Of a stretch of 34,017 nucleotides of DNA, positions 26,768-34,017 are shown in pieces. This DNA is from an uncultured Rubrivivax sp. Its GTDB lineage: Bacteria > Pseudomonadota > Gammaproteobacteria > Burkholderiales > Burkholderiaceae_C. The stretch's first letter is position 1. Every line of letters starts with the position of its first letter. Made by a program: the position numbers and the translations under genes. The stretch lies in assembly GCA_964432385.1 (NCBI GenBank), contig CAYSOD010000001.1:1-34017 (forward strand), given 5' to 3'. The notes beneath the pieces were generated by a model. The model was not told the origin of the DNA. It saw nothing but the letters and a program-made list of their open reading frames with translations, and searched no databases.

Positions 26768-26796
26768 TGATCCGCGGCGCAGCCTGCTCCCGCGTA
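26768..26796 (+). promoter_or_regulatory. Putative ECF sigma promoter, copy 3 (kinase gene)
   Basis: TGATCC (26768-26773), 17 nt, CGCGTA (26791-26796), 36 nt before ATG 26833. Confidence 0.65.
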
Positions 26797-26832
26797 CACC
26801 GGAGTGACACGCTGCCTCAAGTCCACCAACCC

Positions 26833-29430
26833 ATGTTGAATGCCTCGCCACCCGCTCAGGAGAAACCCCCTTCCTGGGAGGCCGTGCGCCAGGTGTTCGA
26901 CCCGGTGGCCAGCCTGGCGCCACATGAGCGGGAGGCGGCACTGTCGGCGGCGGCAGCTGGCGGTGTGGAGCCGGCCGTGCTGGCCGAGGCCCGGGCTTTG
27001 CTCTCGCAGCTCGAGGCGGACGAGGCCGGGCAGGGTGACCGGGACAGCTTCCTGGAGCGGCCGGCTGTCGGGATGGACCAGCGTGCAGAGCAAGACCTCG
27101 CGGGGCAGCGCATCGGGCCTTGGCGGGTGACGGAGCTGCTGGGCCAAGGCGGCATGGGCGAGGTCTGGGAGGCCTGCCGGGACGACGGCGCCTACGAGGC
27201 CACCGTCGCGGTCAAGGTGCTGCGCGGCGCTGTGGACGACACGAGCTTCAGGTCGCACTTCGCCCAGGAGCAGCGGTTGTTGGCACGCCTTAACCACCCG
27301 CACATCGCCCGCCTGATGGATGCCGGCCATCTGCCGGATGGGCGACCCTACTTCGTGATGGAGGCGGTGCAGGGACGGCCGCTGGACGAGGCCGCCGCCG
27401 GAGCGCCGCTGCCCGCGCGTCTGCGCCTTTTCCTGCAGCTGGCCGACGCGGTGGCGCATGCTCACCATCAGGGTCTGGTGCACCGTGATCTGAAGCCGTC
27501 CAACGTGCTCGTCACGCCACAGGGGCAAGTGAAGTTGCTGGATTTCGGCATCGCGCAGGCCCTGGAGCACGGGCCTGGAGCTGAGCAGGGAGCCCGCCCG
27601 TTGACGCCGGGGTACGCCAGCCCTGAGCAGGTGCGCGGCGAGACGGTCGGGCCCCACAGCGATGTCTACGCGCTTGGGGTGTTGCTGCATGTGCTGTTGA
27701 CCGGCACGCGGCCCTACGGTCGCGGCGCGACCACCGTGGCCGAAGCGTTGCGTGCAGTACTGCAGGAAACGCCGACGGCCCCCAGCCAGTCACCCGCTTC
27801 CTCGGGCCTGGATCCTGGCGTGGAGCGTCGTCGCCTGAGCGGAGACCTTGACGCGGTGGTGTTGAAGGCCCTGGCCAAGCAGCCGACAGATCGCTACCCG
27901 ACGGTGCAGGCGCTGGCCGAGGACTTGCGCGCCCATCTGGACCTGCGCCCCGTGGCCGCCCGGCCCCGCACGGCCTGGTATGTCGGCAGCCGGTTTGCCT
28001 GGCGCCACCGTGGCGCCGTGACCGCCGTAGCTTTGGCGCTGCTGGCCCTGGTGGCCGGGCTGGGCCTCAGCGCCTGGAAGGCGCGTGATGCCGTGGCGGC
28101 CCTGGCAGTGCTGTCTCTCGCCGCGGGGGTGGCGGTCTCAGCTTGGCAGGCGCGCCAGGCCCGCGCCGCGCGCGACGATGCCCGCGCTAGGTTGGCCGAG
28201 ACCAGCGGCCTGGTACGCGACGTGGTGATGCGCTACGCCGATCTCGTCACCTTCCTGCCAGGCGGCCTGCGCATGAAGGCCGATCTGCTGCGCGACACAC
28301 TGGCGCACATGGAGCGCCTGGCCGATGGCGCGCGCACTGACCCTCGCTTGGCGGGTGAGATCGCCAAGGCTCACGCCCGGATGGCCGACATCCTCATCGA
28401 CGGCGTGGCGGGCAGCCTGGTGCAGCCCGAGGATGCGCGGCGCCACCTGGAGTCGGCCCAGGCCCTGTTCCCGCTGGGCGAGGCCGTTCATCGCGACGAT
28501 CCCGGCTACTGGCTGTGGTGGGCGCGGTCCCTGCGGGGGCGAGCCTTGCTCGCCCGTGACGCGGGAGATGCCCCTGGCGCCTTGTCTTGGCGCCAACGCC
28601 AGCGCGACCTCATTCGTCAGGCCTTGCAGCGCTGCCCGGCAGACTTCGACCTGCGCCACGAACTCGCCTCCGCCCTCTTCGGCATCGGCTCGGCCCAGGG
28701 CGCAGGTCGACTGGTGGCCAGTCTGGACAACCCCGAGGCCGCGGAAGCGGCGTTTGCTGAAGCCGACAGTCTGTACCTGGCACTGTCCCAGGAGCGCCCC
28801 ACCGACAGCACGCTGCTTCACCAACTGGGCATCGTGGCGGGAGGCCGCATGCTGTTGCTGGCCCGCCTGGGGCGTCTGGACCAGGCCGTGCACCAGGGTC
28901 GGCGCGACCTGGACTTCAAGGAACAAGCCCTGGCGATGGAGCCGCTGAACGTGGCCTACCGCGAGTCGCTGGCCGGAGAGGCCAGCAACGTTGTCACCGT
29001 CCTGCTGGAGGCCGGGTTGGTCCAGGAGGCCCTGCGGGTATCGGCGCGCAGTGAAGAGGTGATCACGGCGCTTGAGGCTGACGATCCGCAGGTGAATACC
29101 TGGACTGATCGCAGGCGCTGGTTTGCCTGGCCTCGCGGGTGGGCTTTGCTGGCCGCAGGCCAGGCCGCAGAGGCCCTGCCCCGCCTGCGGGAGGCCATGG
29201 TGGGCATGGCGGGTGCCACCGCGGGGCGCACCCTCGCGCGGCGCGGTGCCTGCGGCGTGGCCCTCGCGCAGGCGCTGGAGGCCACGGGAGACGCCCCAGC
29301 GGCGGTGCAGGCGGCCCGGGCAGCGCAACAGGATCTGCGGAGCGCGGCCGACGCCGGCCTGACGCAAGACCCTCAGGTCAAGGCTGCGGTTGAGGGCCTG
29401 GCGGCCCTGCTGTCGCGCCTCGGAGCCTGA
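26833..29430 (+). CDS. Hanks-type Ser/Thr protein kinase with TM region and C-terminal TPR-like helical domain
   Basis: GQGGMGEV, VAVK, HRDLKPSN, DFG, TPGYASPE, SDVYALG; hydrophobic segments at about 28012-28146; Ala-rich helical repeats follow. Confidence 0.93.
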   Translation: MLNASPPAQEKPPSWEAVRQVFDPVASLAPHEREAALSAAAAGGVEPAVLAEARALLSQLEADEAGQGDRDSFLERPAVGMDQRAEQDLAGQRIGPWRVTELLGQGGMGEVWEACRDDGAYEATVAVKVLRGAVDDTSFRSHFAQEQRLLARLNHPHIARLMDAGHLPDGRPYFVMEAVQGRPLDEAAAGAPLPARLRLFLQLADAVAHAHHQGLVHRDLKPSNVLVTPQGQVKLLDFGIAQALEHGPGAEQGARPLTPGYASPEQVRGETVGPHSDVYALGVLLHVLLTGTRPYGRGATTVAEALRAVLQETPTAPSQSPASSGLDPGVERRRLSGDLDAVVLKALAKQPTDRYPTVQALAEDLRAHLDLRPVAARPRTAWYVGSRFAWRHRGAVTAVALALLALVAGLGLSAWKARDAVAALAVLSLAAGVAVSAWQARQARAARDDARARLAETSGLVRDVVMRYADLVTFLPGGLRMKADLLRDTLAHMERLADGARTDPRLAGEIAKAHARMADILIDGVAGSLVQPEDARRHLESAQALFPLGEAVHRDDPGYWLWWARSLRGRALLARDAGDAPGALSWRQRQRDLIRQALQRCPADFDLRHELASALFGIGSAQGAGRLVASLDNPEAAEAAFAEADSLYLALSQERPTDSTLLHQLGIVAGGRMLLLARLGRLDQAVHQGRRDLDFKEQALAMEPLNVAYRESLAGEASNVVTVLLEAGLVQEALRVSARSEEVITALEADDPQVNTWTDRRRWFAWPRGWALLAAGQAAEALPRLREAMVGMAGATAGRTLARRGACGVALAQALEATGDAPAAVQAARAAQQDLRSAADAGLTQDPQVKAAVEGLAALLSRLGA

Positions 29431-29513
29431 GGCCGGCGCAAGCTTCTCGCGCCGAAGGCAAGCCCGCACTTCGGGGCGCGTGGTGGGGCTTTCAGCGACC
29501 CTTGGAGGCCAGA

Positions 29514-30638
29514 TCAGCCACGCCGGCGACGTGCCCTCACGGCCTCGCTCAGCGTCTGCAGCACCCCCAGAGAGTCCTCCCAACCGATGCAAGCATCGGT
29601 GATGCTCTGGCCGTAGCGCAGCTGGGTTGGGTCGTCCTTGCCCGGGGTGAACTTCTGGGCGCCATCCGTCAGGTGGCTTTCCACCATCGCGCCGAAGACC
29701 TGGCGGCTGCCGCTGCTCACCTGGGCGGCCACATCCCGTGCCACCTCGATCTGGCGCTGGTGCTGCTTGCTGGAGTTGGCATGGCTGAAGTCGATCATGA
29801 GGCGCGGTTCCAGCTTGGCGCCGTCCAGCTCCTTGCAGGCCGTGGCCACGCTGGTGGCGTCGTAGTTGGGCGCCTTGCCGCCGCGCAGGATGACGTGGCA
29901 GTCCTTGTTGCCCTTGGTCTCCACGATGGCCACCTGCCCGTTCTTGTGCACCGACAGGAAGTGATGCGGCCGCGCGGCAGCCTGGATGGCGTCGGTGGCG
30001 ATCTTGATGTTGCCGTCGGTGCCGTTCTTGAAGCCAATGGGCGCGCTCAAGCCCGAGGCCAGCTCGCGGTGCACCTGGCTTTCGGTGGTGCGTGCGCCAA
30101 TGGCGCCCCAGCTGATCAGGTCGGCGATGTACTGCGGGCTGATGGTGTCCAGAAACTCGCTGGCCGCCGGCACGCCGCTGCGGTTGATCTCCAGCAGCAA
30201 CTGGCGCGCAATGCGCAGGCCCTCATGGATGCGGTAGCTCTCGTCCAGGTATGGGTCGTTGATCAGGCCCTTCCAGCCCACCGTGGTGCGCGGCTTCTCG
30301 AAGTACACGCGCATCACCACTTCCAGCGTGTCGGCGTACTTGGCGCGTTCGGCTTTGAGGCGGCGCGCGTACTCGATCGCGGCCGCCGGGTCGTGGATCG
30401 AGCAGGGCCCGATGATCACGAGCAGGCGGTCGTCCTCGCCGTGCAGGATGCGGCGCACGGCCTGGCGCGTGTCGCCCACGAGCTTCTCCACCGCCGTGCC
30501 GGCGATGGGGAAGAACTTGATGAGGTGTTCCGGCGGCGGCAAGGGCGTCACGTCCTTGATGCGCTGGTCATCGGTCTGGCTGGTCTTTTCGCTGTGCGCA
30601 TACCAACCCTCGCTGGTGGCGGTGTTGCGGTTCGGCAT
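29514..30638 (-). CDS. aroG: 3-deoxy-7-phosphoheptulonate (DAHP) synthase, class I alpha
   Basis: GPCSIHD, RVYFEKPRTTVGWKGLINDP, IGARTTESQVHRELASG, FKNGTDG, DFSHANS, YGQSITDACI; AGGAG RBS. Confidence 0.96.
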   Translation of the reverse strand: MPNRNTATSEGWYAHSEKTSQTDDQRIKDVTPLPPPEHLIKFFPIAGTAVEKLVGDTRQAVRRILHGEDDRLLVIIGPCSIHDPAAAIEYARRLKAERAKYADTLEVVMRVYFEKPRTTVGWKGLINDPYLDESYRIHEGLRIARQLLLEINRSGVPAASEFLDTISPQYIADLISWGAIGARTTESQVHRELASGLSAPIGFKNGTDGNIKIATDAIQAAARPHHFLSVHKNGQVAIVETKGNKDCHVILRGGKAPNYDATSVATACKELDGAKLEPRLMIDFSHANSSKQHQRQIEVARDVAAQVSSGSRQVFGAMVESHLTDGAQKFTPGKDDPTQLRYGQSITDACIGWEDSLGVLQTLSEAVRARRRRG

Positions 30639-30714
30639 CGGGGGCTCCTGGTGATGGTTGGGGTTGGACGTGGTGTTGCGGGTTTGTGGTGGTGCGTTCA
30701 GCGGTCGACAGGCG

Positions 30715-30744
30715 AAAAAAAACCGCCGGGGCTTCCGGCGGTTT
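30715..30744 (-). terminator. Intrinsic terminator (attenuator) in the aroG leader
   Basis: mRNA AAACCGCCGG-AAGCC-CCGGCGG followed by eight U, about 76 nt upstream of the aroG start and in the same orientation. Confidence 0.88.
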
Positions 30745-30770
30745 CGTTGGGTCTGGCGCGCTGTTTCTGC

Positions 30771-30848
30771 TTATGCGCTGGCCTCTCCAACCGCCGGGCG
30801 GTGCGAGATCCAAAAGTAAGCAAAGTAAAACGACGCAGGCAAACGCAT
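30771..30848 (-). CDS. aroG leader peptide, 25 aa: MRLPASFYFAYFWISHRPAVGEASA
   Basis: Manual translation ATG CGT TTG CCT GCG TCG TTT TAC TTT GCT TAC TTT TGG ... TAA. Six aromatic codons in a seven-codon run; the stop lies 26 nt before the terminator. Confidence 0.85.
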   Translation of the reverse strand: MRLPASFYFAYFWISHRPAVGEASA

Positions 30849-30855
30849 GAATTGG

Positions 30856-30864
30856 AATGTAGCA
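30856..30864 (-). promoter_or_regulatory. Extended -10 promoter of the aroG leader
   Basis: TGcTACATT, 7 nt before the leader ATG. No SD, consistent with leaderless initiation. Confidence 0.55.
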
Positions 30865-30923
30865 CGCGCCCCCGGGGGATCCCTGACGCGGCACTGATGC
30901 ACAGCGGGCTATCCTGTGCACCG

Positions 30924-32375
30924 ATGAAGCTGCCGATGCCCAAGAACCGCCTTCCAGCGTCTTGGCCTTCGTCCACAACCCTCGGCAGTCAGGGCCGCCG
31001 CCAATGGTGCCTGAGGGCTGCAGCAGCGGTGGCCTTCGCCGGGGTGCCCTTTCCCGGCCAGGCGTCGGGTCAGAAAAATCCTGTGGGTACGGCCCCGACC
31101 GTTGGCCAAGTCAAGCTCATGTCCCAGCCCCGATCTGCCGCAGCCTCTCCACCTGCCCGTCTTCTTGACCCCGCTCGCCTGCGCCTGATCGACGACGCCA
31201 TCGCCGCGGCCGTGGCGGCCGGGCAACTGCCTGGTGCCGTGGTGCGGGTCGAGCGGATGGAAAGAGCGGGGGCGTCGGGGTCTGCGCAGCTGCAGGGCCT
31301 GGCCGGCGCAGACCGCGAAGCCTACGAGACCGCCGTGGGCCGCAAGGCCCTGGAGCCCGCGCCCGAGCCGCTGGAGCCCTCCACCGTCTACGACTGCGCG
31401 TCGCTCACCAAGGTGGTGGTCACCGCCAGCGTGCTGGCGCGCCTGATGCAGGAGGGTGCGGTGCACCCCAGCACGGCAGTGCGCGACCTGCTGCCCGGTT
31501 TCGAGAGCGACCGGGGCGGCCCGGCCATCACCGTGGGCCAGCTGCTCACCCACACTTCCGGGCTGCCGGCCGGCTTGCCGTTGCAGCCGGCCTGGGCCGG
31601 CGAGGAGGCTGCGTTCCAGTTGGCCGCCACGCGCACACCCACGCACCCGCCGGGCACTTTCTTCCGCTACTCAGACGTGAACTTCATCCTGCTGGGGCAG
31701 ATTGCCCAGCGCCTGACGGGCCGCAGGCTGGACGCGCTGGCCCACGCCTGGCTCTTTCAGCCCCTGGGCATGCATGACAGCGGCTTTCGGCCTCTGGCCC
31801 ATCCGCAGGCCTGGGCACCAGTGCCCACGGAGCGCATCGCGCCCACCGAGTGGGACGGCGAAATCGGCGCCGCGCTGCCGGCGCAGAAGCCAGGCGTGAC
31901 GATGCTGCGCGGCCAGGTGCACGACCCCACTGCGCGCCGTATGGGCGGGGTGGCAGGCCATGCAGGGCTGTTCAGCACGGTGGCTGACCTGTCACGCTTT
32001 GCCCGGATGCTGCTGCAAGGCGGCGAGCTGGACGGCGTGGTCGTGCTCTCGCCACAAGCCGTGGCCACCATGACCGCCGTGGCCACACCCGCGGATATGC
32101 CCGAGCGCCGCAGCCTGGGCTGGGATGTCGACTCGCCCTTTTCGCGGGCGCGCGGCCAGCGCTACCCGCGGGGCAGCTTCGGCCACACCGGCTTCACCGG
32201 CTGCGCGTTGTGGATCGACCCTTTCTCGAGCACCTTTCACGTGCTGCTGTCCAACCGCGTCCACCCGCGCACGCGCGAGAGCATCGTCGCGTTGTACGAG
32301 CAGGTCGGCACGCTGGCGGCCCAGGCGGTGCTGGGCTTCGACTTCGATCGCCTGCGGCCCTTACCGGCCAGCTGA
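30924..32375 (+). CDS. Exported serine hydrolase of the beta-lactamase class C/AmiE-like family
   Basis: Twin-Arg-like signal GRRQWCL; SxxK (ASLTK), LLTHTSG, YSDVNF, VHDPTA, AGHAGLFS, FGHTGFTG, LSNRVHP. Start 30924 or 30936. Confidence 0.88.
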   Translation: MKLPMPKNRLPASWPSSTTLGSQGRRQWCLRAAAAVAFAGVPFPGQASGQKNPVGTAPTVGQVKLMSQPRSAAASPPARLLDPARLRLIDDAIAAAVAAGQLPGAVVRVERMERAGASGSAQLQGLAGADREAYETAVGRKALEPAPEPLEPSTVYDCASLTKVVVTASVLARLMQEGAVHPSTAVRDLLPGFESDRGGPAITVGQLLTHTSGLPAGLPLQPAWAGEEAAFQLAATRTPTHPPGTFFRYSDVNFILLGQIAQRLTGRRLDALAHAWLFQPLGMHDSGFRPLAHPQAWAPVPTERIAPTEWDGEIGAALPAQKPGVTMLRGQVHDPTARRMGGVAGHAGLFSTVADLSRFARMLLQGGELDGVVVLSPQAVATMTAVATPADMPERRSLGWDVDSPFSRARGQRYPRGSFGHTGFTGCALWIDPFSSTFHVLLSNRVHPRTRESIVALYEQVGTLAAQAVLGFDFDRLRPLPAS

Positions 32376-32402
32376 ACGCCTTCACTCGACCTGAGTCTGC
32401 CC

Positions 32403-33878
32403 ATGTCTCCTGCCCTGTTGGCCCTGGTCGTCTTTGCCTGGTTTGGCCTGCTCCTGCTGGTGGCCTGGCGCACTTCGCGCGGCGCCGACAACGACAGCTT
32501 CTTCATCGGCAACCGCCGCAGCAACTGGGTGCTGGTGGCCTTCGGCATGGTGGGCACTTCGCTGTCGGGCGTGACCTTCATCAGCGTGCCGGGGTCGGTG
32601 GGCGTAGGCGGTTTCACCTACCTGCAGATCATCCTCGGCCACGTGATCGGCTACCTGGTGGTGGCCTTCTTGCTGCTGCCGCTGTACTACCGGCAGCAGG
32701 TGGCTTCAATCTACCACTTCCTGTCAGAGCGCCTGGGCCCGCGCTCCTACAAGACGGGTGCGGCCTTTTTCATCCTGTCGCGCACGCTGGGCGCCACGGC
32801 GCGCCTGTACCTGGTGGTGCGCATCCTGCAGGACGTGATCCTCGACAGCCTGGGCGTGCCCTTCTGGCTGACGGCTGCCGTCATTCTGCTGATGATCGTG
32901 CTCTACACCTACGAGGGTGGCGTGAAGACCATCGTCTGGACCGACACCTTGCAGACGGCGGGCATGCTGTTCGGGCTGGTGGTGTGCGTGGTGTTCCTAC
33001 TGAGCCGGCTGGACCTGTCGCTCACCGCCAGCGTGGAGCGCCTGCAGGGTGCGGGCCTGTCCACCGTCTTCGGCACAGACCCCATGAGCCGCACCTACTG
33101 GGTCAAGCAGGTGTTGGCTGGCGTGTTCATCACCATCGCGATGACCGGCCTGGACCAGGAGATGATGCAGAAGAACATCTCGGTGACCACCCGGCGTGAC
33201 GCGCAGAAGAATGTCATCGTGCTGGCCTTCACGCTGCTGGCGGTGGTCACGCTGTTTCTCTTTCTCGGCGGCTTGCTGCACCTGTTCGCGGCACAGGCGG
33301 GCATGCCCGAAAAGGGAGATCGGCTCTTTCCTGCCGTGGTGATGCAGCACCTGCCCGGCTGGGTGCAGATCGTCTTCATCGTGGCCCTCATCTCGGCGCT
33401 GTTTCCCAGTGCCGATGGTGCGCTGACGGCCTTGACCTCAAGTTTCTGCATCGACTTGCTGGGCCTGCAGCGTCGCACCGACTGGGACGAAGCGCGGCGA
33501 CTGCGCATCCGCCAGCGCGTGCACCTGGGCTTTGCGGCGCTGTTCATGGCGCTGGTGTTGGGCTTTCGAGCCGTGGACGACCCCAGCATGATCGGCCTGA
33601 TCCTGAAGATCGCCGGCTACACCTACGGCCCCCTGCTCGGCCTGTTCGCCTTCGGCATGTTCACCCGCCGCGTGGTGCGCGACGGCTGGGTGCCCGCGGT
33701 GGCCCTGGCAGCGCCGCTGCTGTGCGCGCTCATCGACCTGAACCAGCGCGCGCTCTTCGGTCGCTACGAGATGGGACTGGAGTTGCTGCTGGTCAACGGC
33801 GCGCTCACGTTTGCGGGCCTTTGGGCGGTGTCGCGCCCCGAAGGTGGCGAGCCCTCGCCAGCCCGCTCAGCAAGCTGA
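32403..33878 (+). CDS. Sodium:solute symporter (SSS) family transporter
   Basis: FFIGNR, SLSGVTFISVPG, YTYEGGVKTIVWTDTLQ, GLDQEMMQK; about 13 TM segments. Confidence 0.93.
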   Translation: MSPALLALVVFAWFGLLLLVAWRTSRGADNDSFFIGNRRSNWVLVAFGMVGTSLSGVTFISVPGSVGVGGFTYLQIILGHVIGYLVVAFLLLPLYYRQQVASIYHFLSERLGPRSYKTGAAFFILSRTLGATARLYLVVRILQDVILDSLGVPFWLTAAVILLMIVLYTYEGGVKTIVWTDTLQTAGMLFGLVVCVVFLLSRLDLSLTASVERLQGAGLSTVFGTDPMSRTYWVKQVLAGVFITIAMTGLDQEMMQKNISVTTRRDAQKNVIVLAFTLLAVVTLFLFLGGLLHLFAAQAGMPEKGDRLFPAVVMQHLPGWVQIVFIVALISALFPSADGALTALTSSFCIDLLGLQRRTDWDEARRLRIRQRVHLGFAALFMALVLGFRAVDDPSMIGLILKIAGYTYGPLLGLFAFGMFTRRVVRDGWVPAVALAAPLLCALIDLNQRALFGRYEMGLELLLVNGALTFAGLWAVSRPEGGEPSPARSAS

Positions 33879-33901
33879 GAGACGCTCGGGGCCGAGGCTC
33901 C

Positions 33902-34017
33902 TCACGCCGTCCCACCCACCGTCAGGCGCTCGATGCGCAGCGTGGGCTGGCCCACGCCCACGGGCACGCTCTGGCCTTCCTTGCCGCACACGCCCACGCC
34001 GGTGTCCAGCGCCATGT
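33902..34017 (-). CDS. tldD: TldD metalloprotease, 3' fragment
   Basis: Manual translation [37 protein letters not shown], the conserved TldD C-terminus (CGKxGQ). Confidence 0.92.
   Translation of the reverse strand, partial: MALDTGVGVCGKEGQSVPVGVGQPTLRIERLTVGGTA

Noticed and set aside
26719-27690. 534-aa ORF suggesting a long N-terminal extension on the ECF sigma
   Set aside because: The extension is the antisense shadow of the kinase domain.
19488-29513. Genomic island or mobile element boundaries around the ECF/lipoprotein cluster
   Set aside because: No integrase, transposase, tRNA or flanking direct repeats seen; the cluster looks accessory but mobility is unsupported.
29502-30923. 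957-aa ORF suggesting a large N-terminal fusion on the serine hydrolase
   Set aside because: The first 474 codons are antisense to aroG and its attenuator; the signal peptide places the real start near 30924.

Overview
GC-rich chromosomal window from a betaproteobacterium, probably Burkholderiales (Rubrivivax/Ideonella/Comamonadaceae-like, judged from protein resemblance). It has about 29 coding regions and no rRNA, tRNA, CRISPR array or transposase that I could recognise. In order: 5' end of argC; a membrane-protein gene, parB, an S9 peptidase and an FNT channel; an IclR/Bug/DapA-like catabolic module; an MFS transporter; an lgmABC-like lipid A aminosugar-modification operon; a beta-propeller lipoprotein divergent from DUF6502 plus a small lipoprotein; an FAD-linked oxidase; a LigG-like GST; a PduO-type adenosyltransferase; four uncharacterised exported proteins or lipoproteins; an ECF43-type sigma factor divergent from a Ser/Thr kinase; aroG; a serine hydrolase and SSS symporter; and the 3' end of tldD. 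Three signals stand out, none of them in the ORF track. (1) A 25-codon leader peptide (MRLPASFYFAYFW...) with terminator and antiterminator lies upstream of aroG, a likely attenuator sensing Phe, Tyr and Trp. (2) The motif TGATCC-N17-CGCGWA occurs three times, before the kinase and before two of the exported-protein genes, suggesting a phosphorylation-activated ECF regulon of modular surface lipoproteins. (3) A palindromic operator sits between the DUF6502 and beta-propeller genes. All family assignments come from recalled motifs, not database searches.
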